Positions 63,522 through 64,000 of a DNA stretch of 64,000 nt are shown here, piece by piece. Origin of the DNA: an uncultured Ignavibacteriaceae bacterium (GTDB lineage Bacteria > Bacteroidota > Ignavibacteria > UBA10030); assembly GCA_964534125.1 (NCBI GenBank), contig CAZHOJ010000004.1, forward strand, positions 231,436-295,435, given 5' to 3'. The position numbers and the translations under genes were made by a program. Each line of letters starts with the position of its first letter. Positions within the stretch are counted from its first letter, which is position 1. Below the pieces are notes generated by a model. The model ran no database searches. It saw nothing but the letters and a program-made list of their open reading frames with translations, and was not told the DNA's origin.

Positions 63522-64000
63522 ATGTCCCGCATCGGCACACGCATAGAAAAGAACCTCCCGTTCACGAAGAACGCTGAATCGATGCTTGCGCATCTGAAGC
63601 GGCTTCGGCAGGAGGAGGCCGCGGTGCAAGCCGGCGGCGGGAAGAAGGCGCACGAGCGTCAGCGGGCGAAAGGGAAGATGTCCGCGCGGGAGCGCATTGG
63701 GCGGCTGATCGACCCTGGTTCCTTCTTCCTCGAGGTGGGCACATTCGCTGCGTACGGGATGTATGAGGAATACGGCGGAGCGCCGTCGTCGGGCACCATC
63801 TTCGGCATCGGCGTTATCCATGGCCGTGAGGTCGTCATCGTCGCCAACGATGCCACCGTCAAGGCCGGCGCCTGGTTCCCGATCACCTGCAAGAAGAACC
63901 TGCGGGCGCAGGAGATCTCCATCGAGAACCGGCTCCCCATCGTGTACCTCGTCGATTCTGCCGGCGTGTTCCTTCCGCTGCAATCCGAGATCTTCCCCGA
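63522..64000 (+). CDS. Acyl-CoA carboxylase carboxyltransferase (propionyl-CoA carboxylase beta / methylmalonyl-CoA carboxyltransferase-like), 3'-truncated by the window edge
   Basis: Open frame to the window edge: KGKMSARERIGRLIDPGSFFLE...GIGVIHGREVVIVANDATVKAGAW is a typical PccB N-terminus. Not in the ORF track because no stop falls within the window. Confidence 0.8.
   Translation, partial: MSRIGTRIEKNLPFTKNAESMLAHLKRLRQEEAAVQAGGGKKAHERQRAKGKMSARERIGRLIDPGSFFLEVGTFAAYGMYEEYGGAPSSGTIFGIGVIHGREVVIVANDATVKAGAWFPITCKKNLRAQEISIENRLPIVYLVDSAGVFLPLQSEIFP

Overview
High-GC bacterial chromosomal segment of about 60 genes, densely packed and using Shine-Dalgarno sites. The content suggests an FCB-group-like organism: an 11-gene nuo operon with no nuoEFG in the locus, and several secreted proteins carrying Por/T9SS C-terminal sorting domains. 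No phylum is asserted. Main blocks, in order: a CBS-domain gene open at the 5' window edge; an orphan histidine-kinase ATPase remnant with an in-frame stop; nuoABCDHIJKLMN (1041-11930); three consecutive T9SS-CTD cargo genes (esterase, phosphodiester glycosidase, Tat-signal DUF362 protein); coaX-birA and an M28 peptidase; a heat-shock island of three tandem Hsp20 genes, dnaK and clpB, with sigma-54-like -24/-12 motifs upstream of hsp20 and dnaK; amidohydrolase, rsmB-like, L,D-transpeptidase-like, TPR lipoprotein, DUF58, uvrA, mpg and rluA-family genes; a long minus-strand housekeeping block (nif3, zinc-ribbon protein, rnhA, RNase P RNA, recJ, ruvC, ruvA, ruvB, M64 peptidase, adenosine-specific-kinase family); a putative phosphorelay module (REC-HisKA protein without ATPase, divergent from a single-domain REC and an NtrC-type sigma-54 activator) preceded by an elaborate CCTGCAGGCAGG repeat/palindrome; then gcdH-like, guaB, M24 peptidase, GT4, purD, a 640-bp structured repeat-containing non-coding region, and an epimerase-meaB-ACAD-fused MFS/spermidine-synthase-pccB(partial) block. 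The most interesting signals are the Tat+T9SS DUF362 protein, the REC-DHp/REC/NtrC module with its repeat element, sigma-54-like promoters on heat-shock genes, the structured 56.5-57.1 kb non-coding region, and the ORF-track-invisible RNase P RNA. No CRISPR array, prophage or obvious defence island was seen.
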